A stretch of 64,000 bases of DNA, taken from NCBI GenBank assembly GCA_044342325.1, contig JBIIPZ010000001.1:1-64000 (forward strand), written 5' to 3'. Origin of the DNA: Terrimicrobiaceae bacterium. Lineage in GTDB: Bacteria; Verrucomicrobiota; Verrucomicrobiia; Chthoniobacterales; Terrimicrobiaceae. Of the stretch, positions 45,807 through 55,014 are shown piece by piece (the stretch's first letter is position 1; the number at the start of each line of letters is the position of its first letter). The position numbers and the translations under genes were made by a program. The notes beneath the pieces were generated by a model. It worked only from the letters and a program-made list of their open reading frames with translations, made no database searches and had not been told where the DNA came from.

Positions 45807-47262
45807 ATGCCCAATGTCTCTAACCTCATCAAAACCATCCAAGACATCATGCGCAAAGACGCCGGTGTGGACGGCGACGCGCAGCGCCTGGCCCAGCTTG
45901 GCTGGATGTTTTTCCTGAAAATCTTCGACGACCGCGAGACGCAGCTGGAGCTTTTCGACGACGCCTACAAATCCCCACTCGCCCCGGAACTTCGCTGGCG
46001 CAACTGGGCCAGCGACTCCGAGGGCATCACCGGCGATGCTCTCCTGGATTTCAGCAATAATGCCCTCCTTCCGAGCCTGAAAAATATCTCCGGCTCCAGC
46101 CAGATCGCCGTTCTCATCAAGGCCGCCTTCGACGGTGCCAACAACTACATGAAGAACGGCACCCTCATGCGGCAGGTCATTAACAAAATCAACGGCATCG
46201 ATTTCAACGCCTCCGACGACCGCCACATGTTCGGCGACATCTATGAGAAGCTCCTGAAGGATCTCCAATCCGTAGGGAACGCCGGCGAGTTTTATACTCC
46301 GCGCGCTGCGACCGAGTTCGTCATCGACCGCCTCGATCCGCGCTTGGGCGAGACCTTTCTCGACCCCGCCTGCGGCACCGGCGGCTTCCTTGTCTGCGCC
46401 ATCGAGCACCTCCGCAAACAGGTGAAAACCCAAGCCGACGAGCGCCTCATTCAGGATTGCTTCTCCGGCATCGAAAAAAAACACCTGCCCCACATCCTTT
46501 GCATGACGAATCTCATGCTCCACGGCATCGATGTTCCCTCGAATGTCCGGCACGACAATACCCTCGCGCGCCCCCTGCGCGACTGGAGTCCGAAGGAACG
46601 CGTGCATGTCGTCGCTACCAACCCGCCCTTCGGCGGCATGGAGGAGGATGGCATCGAGGCGAATTTCCCGGCCGAGTTCCGCACCCGTGAAACCGCTGAC
46701 CTCTTTCTCGTGCTGATCATGAAAATCCTCCAGCCCGGAGGCCGAGCTGGACTCGTCCTTCCCGACGGCACCCTCTTTGGCGAAGGCGTGAAGACCCGCA
46801 TCAAGGAAGCCCTCCTCACCGAGTGCAATCTGCACACCATCGTCCGCCTGCCCAATGGCGTCTTCAACCCCTACACCGGCATCCGCACCAACCTCCTCTT
46901 CTTCACCAAGGGCACTCCCACCAAGGAAGTCTGGTATTACGAGCACCCCTATCCGCCCGGTGCCAAGAGCTACAACAAAAGCAAACCCATCCGCATCGAG
47001 GAATTCGAACCCGAGAAATCCTGGTGGGGCAGCGAGGCCGACGGCTTTGCATCCCGCGTCGAAAACGAGTACGCCTGGCGCGTCTCCATCGACCAGATCC
47101 GCGCCGGCGGCTTCAACCTCGACCTCACCCCCCCCCCACAGCAAAGACGACGGCCCCGGCGATGTGGACCACCTGCTGCCCGAATACGAAAAACTCCTCG
47201 CCCAGATTGCGGAAACGCGCGGGCAGTTGAAAGCGCAGCTCATGGAGGCGCTCATGCGATGA
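45807..47262 (+). CDS. hsdM: Type I methyltransferase subunit; frameshifted as given at a C10 run (47128-47137)
   Basis: GEFYTPR, DPACGTGGF and NPPF motifs. The native-looking C-terminal helix (HSKDDGPGDVDHLLPEYEKLLAQIAETRGQLKAQLMEAL) lies in the +1 frame after the C-run. Confidence 0.9.
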
Positions 47263-47507
47263 AAAAGGCCCCGTCCAACCTACATGAATCTCTGACGCAA
47301 GACGTCAGGCTTCGGTTGAAGCAGAGCCACCATCAGATTCGGCTTACCATTCCGACTCGCAAGATCAAAAAACACCCCCATGGGCGCTTGCCGCACTTGC
47401 GAAATTCCAGCTTGCCCGGATGCAGTAATCTGTCATGTTTTCTTCAACAACACCTCCCACGCCTCTCAACGATGCGCACCAGGGAGGTTACTTTTTTTCG
47501 AGCCTAG
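47259..47507 (+). other. 82-codon ORF coupled to hsdM; possibly a remnant of a DUF1016/YhcG N-terminus
   Basis: ATGA overlap with the corrected hsdM stop. HESLTQDVRLRLKQSHHQIRLTI resembles the YhcG first helix; the rest does not look protein-like. Confidence 0.3.
47446..47498 (+). ncRNA. Candidate abiF-type antitoxin/leader RNA
   Basis: ACCTCCC...GGGAGGT stem with inner CGC/GCG pairs and a large loop, then a T7 run, 27 nt before an Abi_2 gene. Possible promoter TTGCCC-N16-CATGTT (with TGn) upstream. Confidence 0.6.
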
Positions 47508-47525
47508 CTTTTGGGAAATGACTGC

Positions 47526-48452
47526 ATGATCAAGCCGGCTTTGACTTATCCCCAGCAATTAGAGCGGCTCAAAGAACGTGGCTTGCTCGTTCCTGACGAG
47601 CCCGAGGCGCTGCATGTGCTGGCTCATCACAATTATTATCGGCTCTCGGCTTACCGCTTTCCTTTCACCGTCCCTGGGCAGCCAGACCGTTTTCAGCAGG
47701 GGGTCACTTTCACTCAGCTCTGGGAGCTCTACCAGTTTGACCGCACTTTGCGCCATCTTGTGTTGGAGGGCTGCAAACGTGTCGAAATCTCCGTGCGCTC
47801 CCGGCTGGCCTACGAGATCGGGCATCAGCTCGGCCCTCTGGCCTATCTTGAAAACCGCCATTTCCGTGAACCCCTGGAGCACGCCCGCACCCTGACCAAG
47901 TTGGATGTCGAGATGAGCCGCAGCCGGGAAGAGTTCATCCGTCATCACAAAGGTAACCTCGGCATGCCATGGCCGCCCGTCTGGGTGCTTTTGGAGGTCG
48001 CCTCGTTTGGGGTCGTCTCCAGACTCCTCGCAGGGCTCACTCCGCCGGCGCTGCGCCAACGCGTGGCAGACACCTACCAGATGGACGAGGGCACCTTCTG
48101 CTCCCTCTTCCATCACCTTTCAGTCCTTCGAAATGCCGCCGCCCACCATTCGCGCATGTGGAACCGCCACTTCACCTTCACCTTCCAATTACCTCGGAAA
48201 AAGCCCCCGCATCTTCAGATAAACTTTCATGATGACCGCACGCATCTGGGCAATCGGAAAGAGCGCCGCATCTACAACTCCCTCGTTCTGCTCGCGCATC
48301 TCGTGCAGACGATCGAGCCCGCCGCCACTTGGCCGCACCGGCTGGCCCGTCATCTTCTCACCCTCGATCCCGCTCTCATCCCCAACATGGGCTTCCCCAC
48401 CGACTGGCAGACTCGACCGATGTGGAAAGAACTCCTCAACGCTCATCCATGA
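47526..48452 (+). CDS. AbiF/AbiD (Abi_2) family HEPN ribonuclease
   Basis: KPALTY..QL..L..RGL, NYYRLSAY, LYQFDRTLR..VEI..RS and P.WV..E..SFG motifs; HEPN motif RNAAAH. Confidence 0.92.
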   Translation: MIKPALTYPQQLERLKERGLLVPDEPEALHVLAHHNYYRLSAYRFPFTVPGQPDRFQQGVTFTQLWELYQFDRTLRHLVLEGCKRVEISVRSRLAYEIGHQLGPLAYLENRHFREPLEHARTLTKLDVEMSRSREEFIRHHKGNLGMPWPPVWVLLEVASFGVVSRLLAGLTPPALRQRVADTYQMDEGTFCSLFHHLSVLRNAAAHHSRMWNRHFTFTFQLPRKKPPHLQINFHDDRTHLGNRKERRIYNSLVLLAHLVQTIEPAATWPHRLARHLLTLDPALIPNMGFPTDWQTRPMWKELLNAHP

Positions 48453-49903
48453 CGCTCGAGACCTTCTTCGAAAAATTCGACCAGTTCGCAGACGCGCCGG
48501 GAGCGGTGGCGAAGATGCGGGAATTGGTGCTGCACCTCGCCTTTTCGGGGAAGCTTTTGCCTGCCGCAGAGCCATGGTCGCTGAAACCGCTGAAGTCACT
48601 CGCAGTAAAGATCGGCAGCGGAGCCACTCCATCAGGCGGAAGAGAATCCTATTTTACCGAAGGCATTCCTCTCATTCGCTCGATGAATGTCCACTTTGCT
48701 GGCTTCGAGCCCAAGGGACTTGTCTTCCTAAGTGATGAACAGGCGAAGCAGCTCGCCAATGTTACCGTTCAGCCCGGCGATGTGCTGCTGAACATCACCG
48801 GGGCTTCAATTGGCCGCGTTACCACTGCACCACCAGAAATGGCAGGCGCGAGGGTTAATCAGCACGTCGCTATAATCCGCCCGATCAAGGAACTCGATGC
48901 TCAGTTCTTGGCGAAGTTTTTAGCCAGTCCCGCGATTCAACGAATGATCGACTATATCCAAGTCGGCGCGACACGCGAGGCGTTGACCAAGGGAATGATC
49001 GAGCACTTCGACATTCCCCTCCCGCCCCTCGCCGAGCAGAAGCGGATTGTGGCGAAGGTGGATGAGCTGATGGCGTTGTGTGATCGGCTGGAGGCGCAGC
49101 AGCAGGAACGGGAGACGCGGCACGCCGCGCTCGCCCGCGCGTCGCTGGCCCGCTTCGCCGACGCGCCCACCCCGGCCAACCTCAACCTCCTCTTCCATTC
49201 CTCCTTCCCCATTTCGCCATCCGACTTGCGAAAATCCATCCTCACCCTCGCCGTCCAAGGCAAACTCGTCCCTTTTGACACGAATGGCGAGGAGGAAGCC
49301 GTCGGCGACCACATCGAGTTTCAGAACGGTTACGCATTCAAGAGCGAGTGGTTCAAACCCTCTGGGATGCGCCTTTGCCGAAATCTGAATGTAAGCCATG
49401 GAACTCTCGATTGGCGTGAATCTGCGTTTGTCGATGAAAAGGTTGCAAAGGAGTTTGAACGCTTCGCATTATGCGAATGTGACATTGTCCTCTCTCTTGA
49501 CCGCCCGCTCATCGCGACAGGCTTGAAAGTTGCGCGAGTGAGGCAGGTTGATCTTCCATGCCTTCTGCTTCAGCGGGTTGCAAAACCAGTGCCGAAGCAC
49601 GCTCAACTAGATCTATCGTATTTCATGCTCTGGCTAAATTCCTCTGAGTTTGTGGACTCTATCGATCCAGGTCGGAGTAATGGCGTGCCGCACATTTCGA
49701 CGAGGCAGGTTCAGCGCCTTCCATTCGTCCTCCCGCCCCTCGCTGAACAACGTCGCATCGTCGCCAAAGTTTCCGAACTGATGGCGTTGGTGGACGAATT
49801 GGAAACCCAACTCGCCGCCTCTCGCGCCGCTGCCGAAAAACTCCTCTCTGCCCTCGTCGCCGAACTCACCGTAACCACTTCACGCCTGCCTGCTGATTCA
49901 TGA
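48449..49903 (+). CDS. hsdS: Type I specificity subunit
   Basis: Two TRDs and two LPPLAEQ.RIVAKV.ELMAL conserved repeats. ATGA overlap with the Abi gene. Confidence 0.94.
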   Translation: MTLETFFEKFDQFADAPGAVAKMRELVLHLAFSGKLLPAAEPWSLKPLKSLAVKIGSGATPSGGRESYFTEGIPLIRSMNVHFAGFEPKGLVFLSDEQAKQLANVTVQPGDVLLNITGASIGRVTTAPPEMAGARVNQHVAIIRPIKELDAQFLAKFLASPAIQRMIDYIQVGATREALTKGMIEHFDIPLPPLAEQKRIVAKVDELMALCDRLEAQQQERETRHAALARASLARFADAPTPANLNLLFHSSFPISPSDLRKSILTLAVQGKLVPFDTNGEEEAVGDHIEFQNGYAFKSEWFKPSGMRLCRNLNVSHGTLDWRESAFVDEKVAKEFERFALCECDIVLSLDRPLIATGLKVARVRQVDLPCLLLQRVAKPVPKHAQLDLSYFMLWLNSSEFVDSIDPGRSNGVPHISTRQVQRLPFVLPPLAEQRRIVAKVSELMALVDELETQLAASRAAAEKLLSALVAELTVTTSRLPADS

Positions 49904-50151
49904 ACTCCACACCCACTGAGCGACAGGGCCAGTTTCTCGCCTACATTCACCGATACGGACTGATCAACGGGTGTGCGCCGGCGGAAGCGGACATGCAGCG
50001 GTATTTCCAAATCACGCCGCCGAGTGTGCATTCCATGGTTTTGACCCTGGAGCGGCGGGGCTTCATCCGGCGCGTGCCGGGTCAGGCGCGGAGCATCACC
50101 GTGATCGTTCCGCCTGAATCTTTGCCTCCCTTGAAACGCATCCAGCGCTAA
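49900..50151 (+). CDS. Stand-alone LexA-N-like winged-helix protein
   Basis: TERQ...L.YI......G..P...M......PPSVH.MV..LERRGFIRR.PG.ARSI. No peptidase domain; ATGA-coupled to hsdS. Confidence 0.8.
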   Translation: MNSTPTERQGQFLAYIHRYGLINGCAPAEADMQRYFQITPPSVHSMVLTLERRGFIRRVPGQARSITVIVPPESLPPLKRIQR

Positions 50152-50163
50152 CCATACCAATCT

Positions 50164-50757
50164 ATGCCCGACGAAACCAACAAACCTACGCGCAAGCCAG
50201 GCGGCTGGAGCGCCGCCCGCAAACATCTCGCGACATGGGACACGCCCGCGCTGCTCGCCCTCGTGAAAGACCTTTACGACTCAGCGGCTGAGAACCGTCA
50301 TTTCATCCACGCCCGCTGCCAGGCGGAGGATGGTGGTGGCGAGGTGCTGGAAACTTATCGGAGCAAGATCGTGGAGCAGTTCTTTCCCAAGCGAGGTTTC
50401 GGCAAGCTCAAGCTGGCAGAGGCGCGCAAGGCCATTCGCGATTTCCGCAAGGCCACAGGCAGCATTCCTGGGACGGCAGAGCTGTTGATGACCTATGTTG
50501 AGAACGGGGTAAACTTCACCGACGAGTATGGAGACATCGATGAACGGTTTTATGACAGCGTGGAATCGGTGCTGGACGAACTGGCCAAGCTGTTGCGCGC
50601 TGAAGCGCGTGACCTGTATCCGCAGTTCCAGGACCGACTGGCAGATATTGAGGAGATGAGTGCAGGCATCGGCTGGGGATTCCACGACTTCATAGCCGAT
50701 GTGGTTGGACGACTTGAGGACGAACTCGGCGAACCACAGCGGGTGGGTGAGGTTTGA
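50164..50757 (+). CDS. Conserved hypothetical protein (DUF6155-like)
   Basis: FFPKRGFGKLKLAEARKAI...LMTYVE.G..FT..YGDIDERFYDS pattern. Confidence 0.6.
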   Translation: MPDETNKPTRKPGGWSAARKHLATWDTPALLALVKDLYDSAAENRHFIHARCQAEDGGGEVLETYRSKIVEQFFPKRGFGKLKLAEARKAIRDFRKATGSIPGTAELLMTYVENGVNFTDEYGDIDERFYDSVESVLDELAKLLRAEARDLYPQFQDRLADIEEMSAGIGWGFHDFIADVVGRLEDELGEPQRVGEV

Positions 50758-50763
50758 CCGTCT

Positions 50764-53409
50764 TCAGGCCAGCAGTTTTCTGGCCGTTGCGATGGTGTCG
50801 ATGTCGGCGGGTGATTTGTCGCGGCGGATGCGGGTGATGCGTGGGAAGCGGAGGGCGAGGCCGGAGGGGTGGCGGGGGCTTTCGCGGATGGAGTCGAAGG
50901 CGATTTCGAGGACGACGAGGGGTTCGACTTCGATGCGGTTGCCGGTTTGTGAGAGGGCGGTGGAGAGGAATTCGTCGGTGAGGGCGGCGATTTCTAGGTC
51001 TGTGAGGCCAGTGTAGGCTTTGCCGATTGTGGCCAGGGCGCCTGTTTTTTCATCGCGGACGGCGAAGGTGTAGTCGCTCAGGGCGCCGCGTCGTTTGCCG
51101 TGGCCATATTCCACTGCGGTGACGACGACATCGAGCGTGGCGAGGCGTTTTTTGAGTTTGATCCAGGCTAGGCCACGGCGGCCGGGTTGGTAGGGGCTTG
51201 CTGGGTCTTTGATCAGAAGTCCCTCGTGTCCGGCGGAGCGGATGTCGCGGAAGTGGGCGTCGATCTCCTCCGCACTGGCAGCGTGGAGGATTTCGGCATG
51301 CCGCAGAGGAGGCGGCAGGGTGAGTCCGTGCAAGAGTTCGCGGCGGCGATGGAGTGGCTCGCGGAGTAGGCTCGTGCCATCGAGTTGAAGGATGTCGAAG
51401 ACGAGGCAGGCGACGGGTATGCCGTCCGCAAGAAAGAGGTCGGCTTCTTGGCGGCCGAGGCGCTTTTGGAGTTCCTGGAAGGGCAGAGGACGCCCATCCC
51501 GCCAGGCAAGAATTTCGGCATCCAGAATGGCTTCGCGGCCGAGTTGCGCCGTGGCCTTTGCTATCTCGGGGAAGGTGGAGGTGATTTCCTTCAGGTCGCG
51601 AGTGAAAATCTCCGTGCGTTTTGTGTTTGTGTGGATTTGGGCCCGGATGCCGTCGAACTTCGGCTCGATCCAGAGCGAGGGAATCTCCGCAAACCGTGTG
51701 CGGACTGCGGTGGCATCGGGTTCGGGGGATGCCAGCATGCACTTGACTGGTTGGAAGAGCCGCATTGCCCGCTCATGCAGGCGTCGGTTGCGTGCCATCA
51801 CGGCAACAAGTCCCAAGTCGGCGCAGAACATATTCGCCTCACGAACCTCGCCGGGATTGGCTTGGAAGGCTTCCGCGATACATTCCTCCAGTAAGCCCTC
51901 TTTGAGGCCGATGCGCAGGTCTCCGGAGAGGATTTTCACGAGAAACTTCGCCGCAACGGGAGGTGTGGATTGGAAGAAATGGGCCAGGATTTCGATCTTG
52001 GCCACGCCCGAGCTGGCGGAGCGCAGATTTTCCAGAAGGGCAGCAATCTCGGACAATGCGGGGTTTGCCGAGCCGTGGCGTGTGGCCATGACGGTTTCCG
52101 CTGTGAGGCCACTCTCATTGATGCCGCGAGCGAGTGGTCGGTATTCGGCTTCTGGCATACCTGAGGCCTTGATGAGGGCGGCTCGGATAATGGATCTGCC
52201 CACTTGGTGCGGGGCGGCATCCATCGAGGAAAATACGCTGCCCGAGAGCCAGAGTGCAGCGAGCCGCAGGTCGATCTCCTCCAACTCCTGAAAGTATGCC
52301 GAGACGAGCGTGATCTTGGCCTGCTTGCCTGTGAGTGCTGCAATCTCGTCGCCGACCGAGCAGAACCTGAGGAATCCCGTTGTGGCCGGTTGAACGGGGC
52401 TTCGCTTGGCAGGCGCTTGGGGACGGGGAATCGGAATCGCAAGATCGAGTTGGTTCGGCCCGGTGAGTGCCCAAGCCTCGATGCCACGCGAGCGGAGATC
52501 GGCGGCGAATTCGGACGCAAAGCCATGCAGGGTGAGCACCTGCTTGGGGGCGACATTTTCCACATGCCGCAGGAGGTCGTCGTAGCCCGCGTGGTCGGAG
52601 AGCGGGAAGGCGGCGTCACAGCGCATGCGGTGGATGGCTCCGGCATCTATCGCCCAGCCGGTGATGGCGGCGACGCGCCGTTTTTTTACAAGTGCCATGG
52701 ATTTGCTTCCGGCACTGGTGGGTGGGCAAATGAGGACATGGCCCGCTGCGGTTTTTGTGTCCCATGGAGCATGCTCGGGAAAAACGATACCCTCCGATTC
52801 ATAGACGGGGATGAGTTTTGCGATGGCGGAGTGGAGCATGACACGCATTCCCGCGCCGCAGAGGTTGGCGAGGATTTCCTGAGATTTGCCGAGCGAATAG
52901 CCCAGCAGGATGGGCGTTGCACCTTCCTCCAGGGATTCGATGCAAAACTTGAGAATCTGGCTCATCACTTCTTCGAAGGGCGGGAACACATAGCGAGGGA
53001 GTCCGTAGGTGGTCTCCATGATGAGTGTCTCGGCGTGCGTGTGAGCGGTCGTTTCGGCACTCGCTCCCTGCCGGAGTTTGAAGTCGCCCGTGTAGAGGAG
53101 GCTTCCTTGCTCGGTTTCCACAAAACACTGGGCGGATCCCAAGACATGCCCAGCTGGCAAGAGGCGCATGCGGAATTTTTCAAAATCGCGCAGCTCCTCG
53201 AAGGGGAGTGGGATTTTTTCGCCGTGTAAGGTGCCCATGCGCGCTTCCATAAGACGAAGGGTCGCCGGGGTTGCGATGGTGCACTCGTGGCGTCCTGTGT
53301 GGTCGCTATGGGCGTGGGAAACGAAAGCCAAAGGCTTCGAGTAATGCGGATCCAGCCAAAGATCCGGACCAGGCAGATGCACGGCCCCGCGATGCCGGAC
53401 CTCGATCAT
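50764..53409 (-). CDS. Fused MBL/beta-CASP exonuclease and ATP-dependent DNA ligase
   Basis: N-terminal SHAHSDH, AGHVLGS, YTGD, ETTYG and SDHA; C-terminal KFDG, EGLLIK, WIKLK and ALRFPRI. Confidence 0.92.
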   Translation of the reverse strand: MIEVRHRGAVHLPGPDLWLDPHYSKPLAFVSHAHSDHTGRHECTIATPATLRLMEARMGTLHGEKIPLPFEELRDFEKFRMRLLPAGHVLGSAQCFVETEQGSLLYTGDFKLRQGASAETTAHTHAETLIMETTYGLPRYVFPPFEEVMSQILKFCIESLEEGATPILLGYSLGKSQEILANLCGAGMRVMLHSAIAKLIPVYESEGIVFPEHAPWDTKTAAGHVLICPPTSAGSKSMALVKKRRVAAITGWAIDAGAIHRMRCDAAFPLSDHAGYDDLLRHVENVAPKQVLTLHGFASEFAADLRSRGIEAWALTGPNQLDLAIPIPRPQAPAKRSPVQPATTGFLRFCSVGDEIAALTGKQAKITLVSAYFQELEEIDLRLAALWLSGSVFSSMDAAPHQVGRSIIRAALIKASGMPEAEYRPLARGINESGLTAETVMATRHGSANPALSEIAALLENLRSASSGVAKIEILAHFFQSTPPVAAKFLVKILSGDLRIGLKEGLLEECIAEAFQANPGEVREANMFCADLGLVAVMARNRRLHERAMRLFQPVKCMLASPEPDATAVRTRFAEIPSLWIEPKFDGIRAQIHTNTKRTEIFTRDLKEITSTFPEIAKATAQLGREAILDAEILAWRDGRPLPFQELQKRLGRQEADLFLADGIPVACLVFDILQLDGTSLLREPLHRRRELLHGLTLPPPLRHAEILHAASAEEIDAHFRDIRSAGHEGLLIKDPASPYQPGRRGLAWIKLKKRLATLDVVVTAVEYGHGKRRGALSDYTFAVRDEKTGALATIGKAYTGLTDLEIAALTDEFLSTALSQTGNRIEVEPLVVLEIAFDSIRESPRHPSGLALRFPRITRIRRDKSPADIDTIATARKLLA

Positions 53410-53419
53410 GCGGGTGTCT

Positions 53420-54190
53420 TCAGTTCACGGAGCCCGTGCCCCAGCGTTTGTGGAAGAAGCGTTCCCATGGTGAAAAGAGAATACGATCCGCAAGGAGACC
53501 TATCGCCACAATAATGACCATGACGGCTACGACCTGATCCATAGCCAGGAGCTCTCGTCCGTATTGGAGAAGCTGTCCAAGGCCGAAGCCGGTGAGGATC
53601 GTGACAAAAATCTCCGCCGCCATCAGCGAGCGCCACGCGAAGGCCCATCCCTGCTTCATGCCGCCGATGAGGTAAGGAAGTGAGGCGGGCAGGATGACAT
53701 TGAACCAAGTGTGCAGACCCTTCGATCCCATGGTGCGGGCGGCACGCAGATAGATCGGCGGCATCGAGCGCACGCCGTCGCTCGTTGCAATGAGAACGGA
53801 CCAGAGGGTTCCCATGACCACCACAAAAAGCATGGCGGCCTCGGTCTGGCCGAACCAGAGCAGCGCGAGTGGCACCCAGCAAACGCTTGGCAGGGTCTGA
53901 ATGCCAAGAGCCAGCAGGCCGAGGGTGTCTTGCAGAATGCGGAAGCGCGAGGTGAGGAGGCCTAGCGGAACCCCGAAAAGCAGGCCGATACCATAGCCGA
54001 GTAGCAGGCGTTGCATGGTGACAAGAGTTGCCGTCCACAGTGTGCCATCCCATGTAGCCTGCCACATGTATTCCAGCACATTGAGCGGAGAGGGGAGTAG
54101 CACGGGCGACCACATTCCCGAGCGGGATGCCGCCTCCCAGGAAGCGATCAGGAAGAGAAAAAATGCGAGTGTGGAGATGCGGTGGATCAT
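53420..54190 (-). CDS. ABC transporter permease (SsuC/TauC/NrtB-like)
   Basis: TM helices; AARTMG...VILPASLP...WRSLMAAE. Confidence 0.9.
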   Translation of the reverse strand: MIHRISTLAFFLFLIASWEAASRSGMWSPVLLPSPLNVLEYMWQATWDGTLWTATLVTMQRLLLGYGIGLLFGVPLGLLTSRFRILQDTLGLLALGIQTLPSVCWVPLALLWFGQTEAAMLFVVVMGTLWSVLIATSDGVRSMPPIYLRAARTMGSKGLHTWFNVILPASLPYLIGGMKQGWAFAWRSLMAAEIFVTILTGFGLGQLLQYGRELLAMDQVVAVMVIIVAIGLLADRILFSPWERFFHKRWGTGSVN

Positions 54191-55014
54191 TCGGAGGCCT
54201 CCTGCCCCTGTGCGGTGGTGAAACCTTTGAGAGCGGTGGTGATTTCGGTGGAGTAACGGGCGAGTTCCACGCTGTTGATGTCGCGGGGGCGGGGAAGGTC
54301 GATGCGGAATTCGGCGCGGATGCGGCCGGGATTTGGGGAGAAAAGAAGCACGCGGTCGCCTAGGCAGGCGGCTTCGCGGACATTGTGCGTCACGAAAATA
54401 ATGGTCTTGCGGCGGGCTTCCCAGATCCGCTGGATGTCGCCGTAGAGGTGTTCGCGGGTGAGGGCGTCCAATGCGGCGAAAGGTTCGTCCATAAGCAGCA
54501 CGCGGGGATTGGGGGCCAGAGCTCTGGCGAGGGCGACGCGCTGCTTCATGCCGCCCGAGAGTTCATGGATGTTGGCACGTTCGAATTTTTCCAATCCCAC
54601 GAGGTGCAGGTAGTATTTGGCGACCTCCTGGCGTTCCTTGGAATTCAGTCCCGGCTTGAGGCGAAGGCCGAATAGGACATTGCCCATAACATCCAGCCAT
54701 GGAAAAAGGGCATGCTCTTGGAACATCACCATGCGGTCGCGGCCGGGGGCGGTGATGTTTTCGCCGTTCGCCAAAATCTGCCCACTGTCCGGTTGGTCGA
54801 GGCCGGCGATGAGGTTCAGGAGCGTGGACTTGCCGCAGCCGCTGGGGCCGACGAGGCAGACGAATTCCCCTTCGCCGACTTTCAGGCTCACATTGTCGAG
54901 GGCGAGAACCTTGCCGCGCTCGGTGGTGAAGGACTTCGAGACATTATTGGCCTCGATGCGCTCGGGGGCTGTATTGGCGAGTTCGTTTTCGAGGCTCATC
55001 GGAATTTTTTTCAT
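54187..55014 (-). CDS. ABC transporter ATP-binding protein (SsuB/TauB-like)
   Basis: GPSGCGKST, LSGGMKQR and DEPF motifs. Confidence 0.93.
   Translation of the reverse strand: MKKIPMSLENELANTAPERIEANNVSKSFTTERGKVLALDNVSLKVGEGEFVCLVGPSGCGKSTLLNLIAGLDQPDSGQILANGENITAPGRDRMVMFQEHALFPWLDVMGNVLFGLRLKPGLNSKERQEVAKYYLHLVGLEKFERANIHELSGGMKQRVALARALAPNPRVLLMDEPFAALDALTREHLYGDIQRIWEARRKTIIFVTHNVREAACLGDRVLLFSPNPGRIRAEFRIDLPRPRDINSVELARYSTEITTALKGFTTAQGQEASE

Noticed and set aside
45807..47507. 566-aa HsdM as a genuine extended protein
   Set aside because: The tail after the C-run does not resemble HsdM; the expected C-terminus is in the other frame.
48449..49903. Invertible hsdS shufflon
   Set aside because: Only one hsdS, no silent TRDs, inverted repeats or recombinase; the internal repeats are the normal conserved regions.
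43290..50763. Defence operon as an integrative mobile element
   Set aside because: No integrase, transposase, tRNA target or flanking direct repeats were seen.
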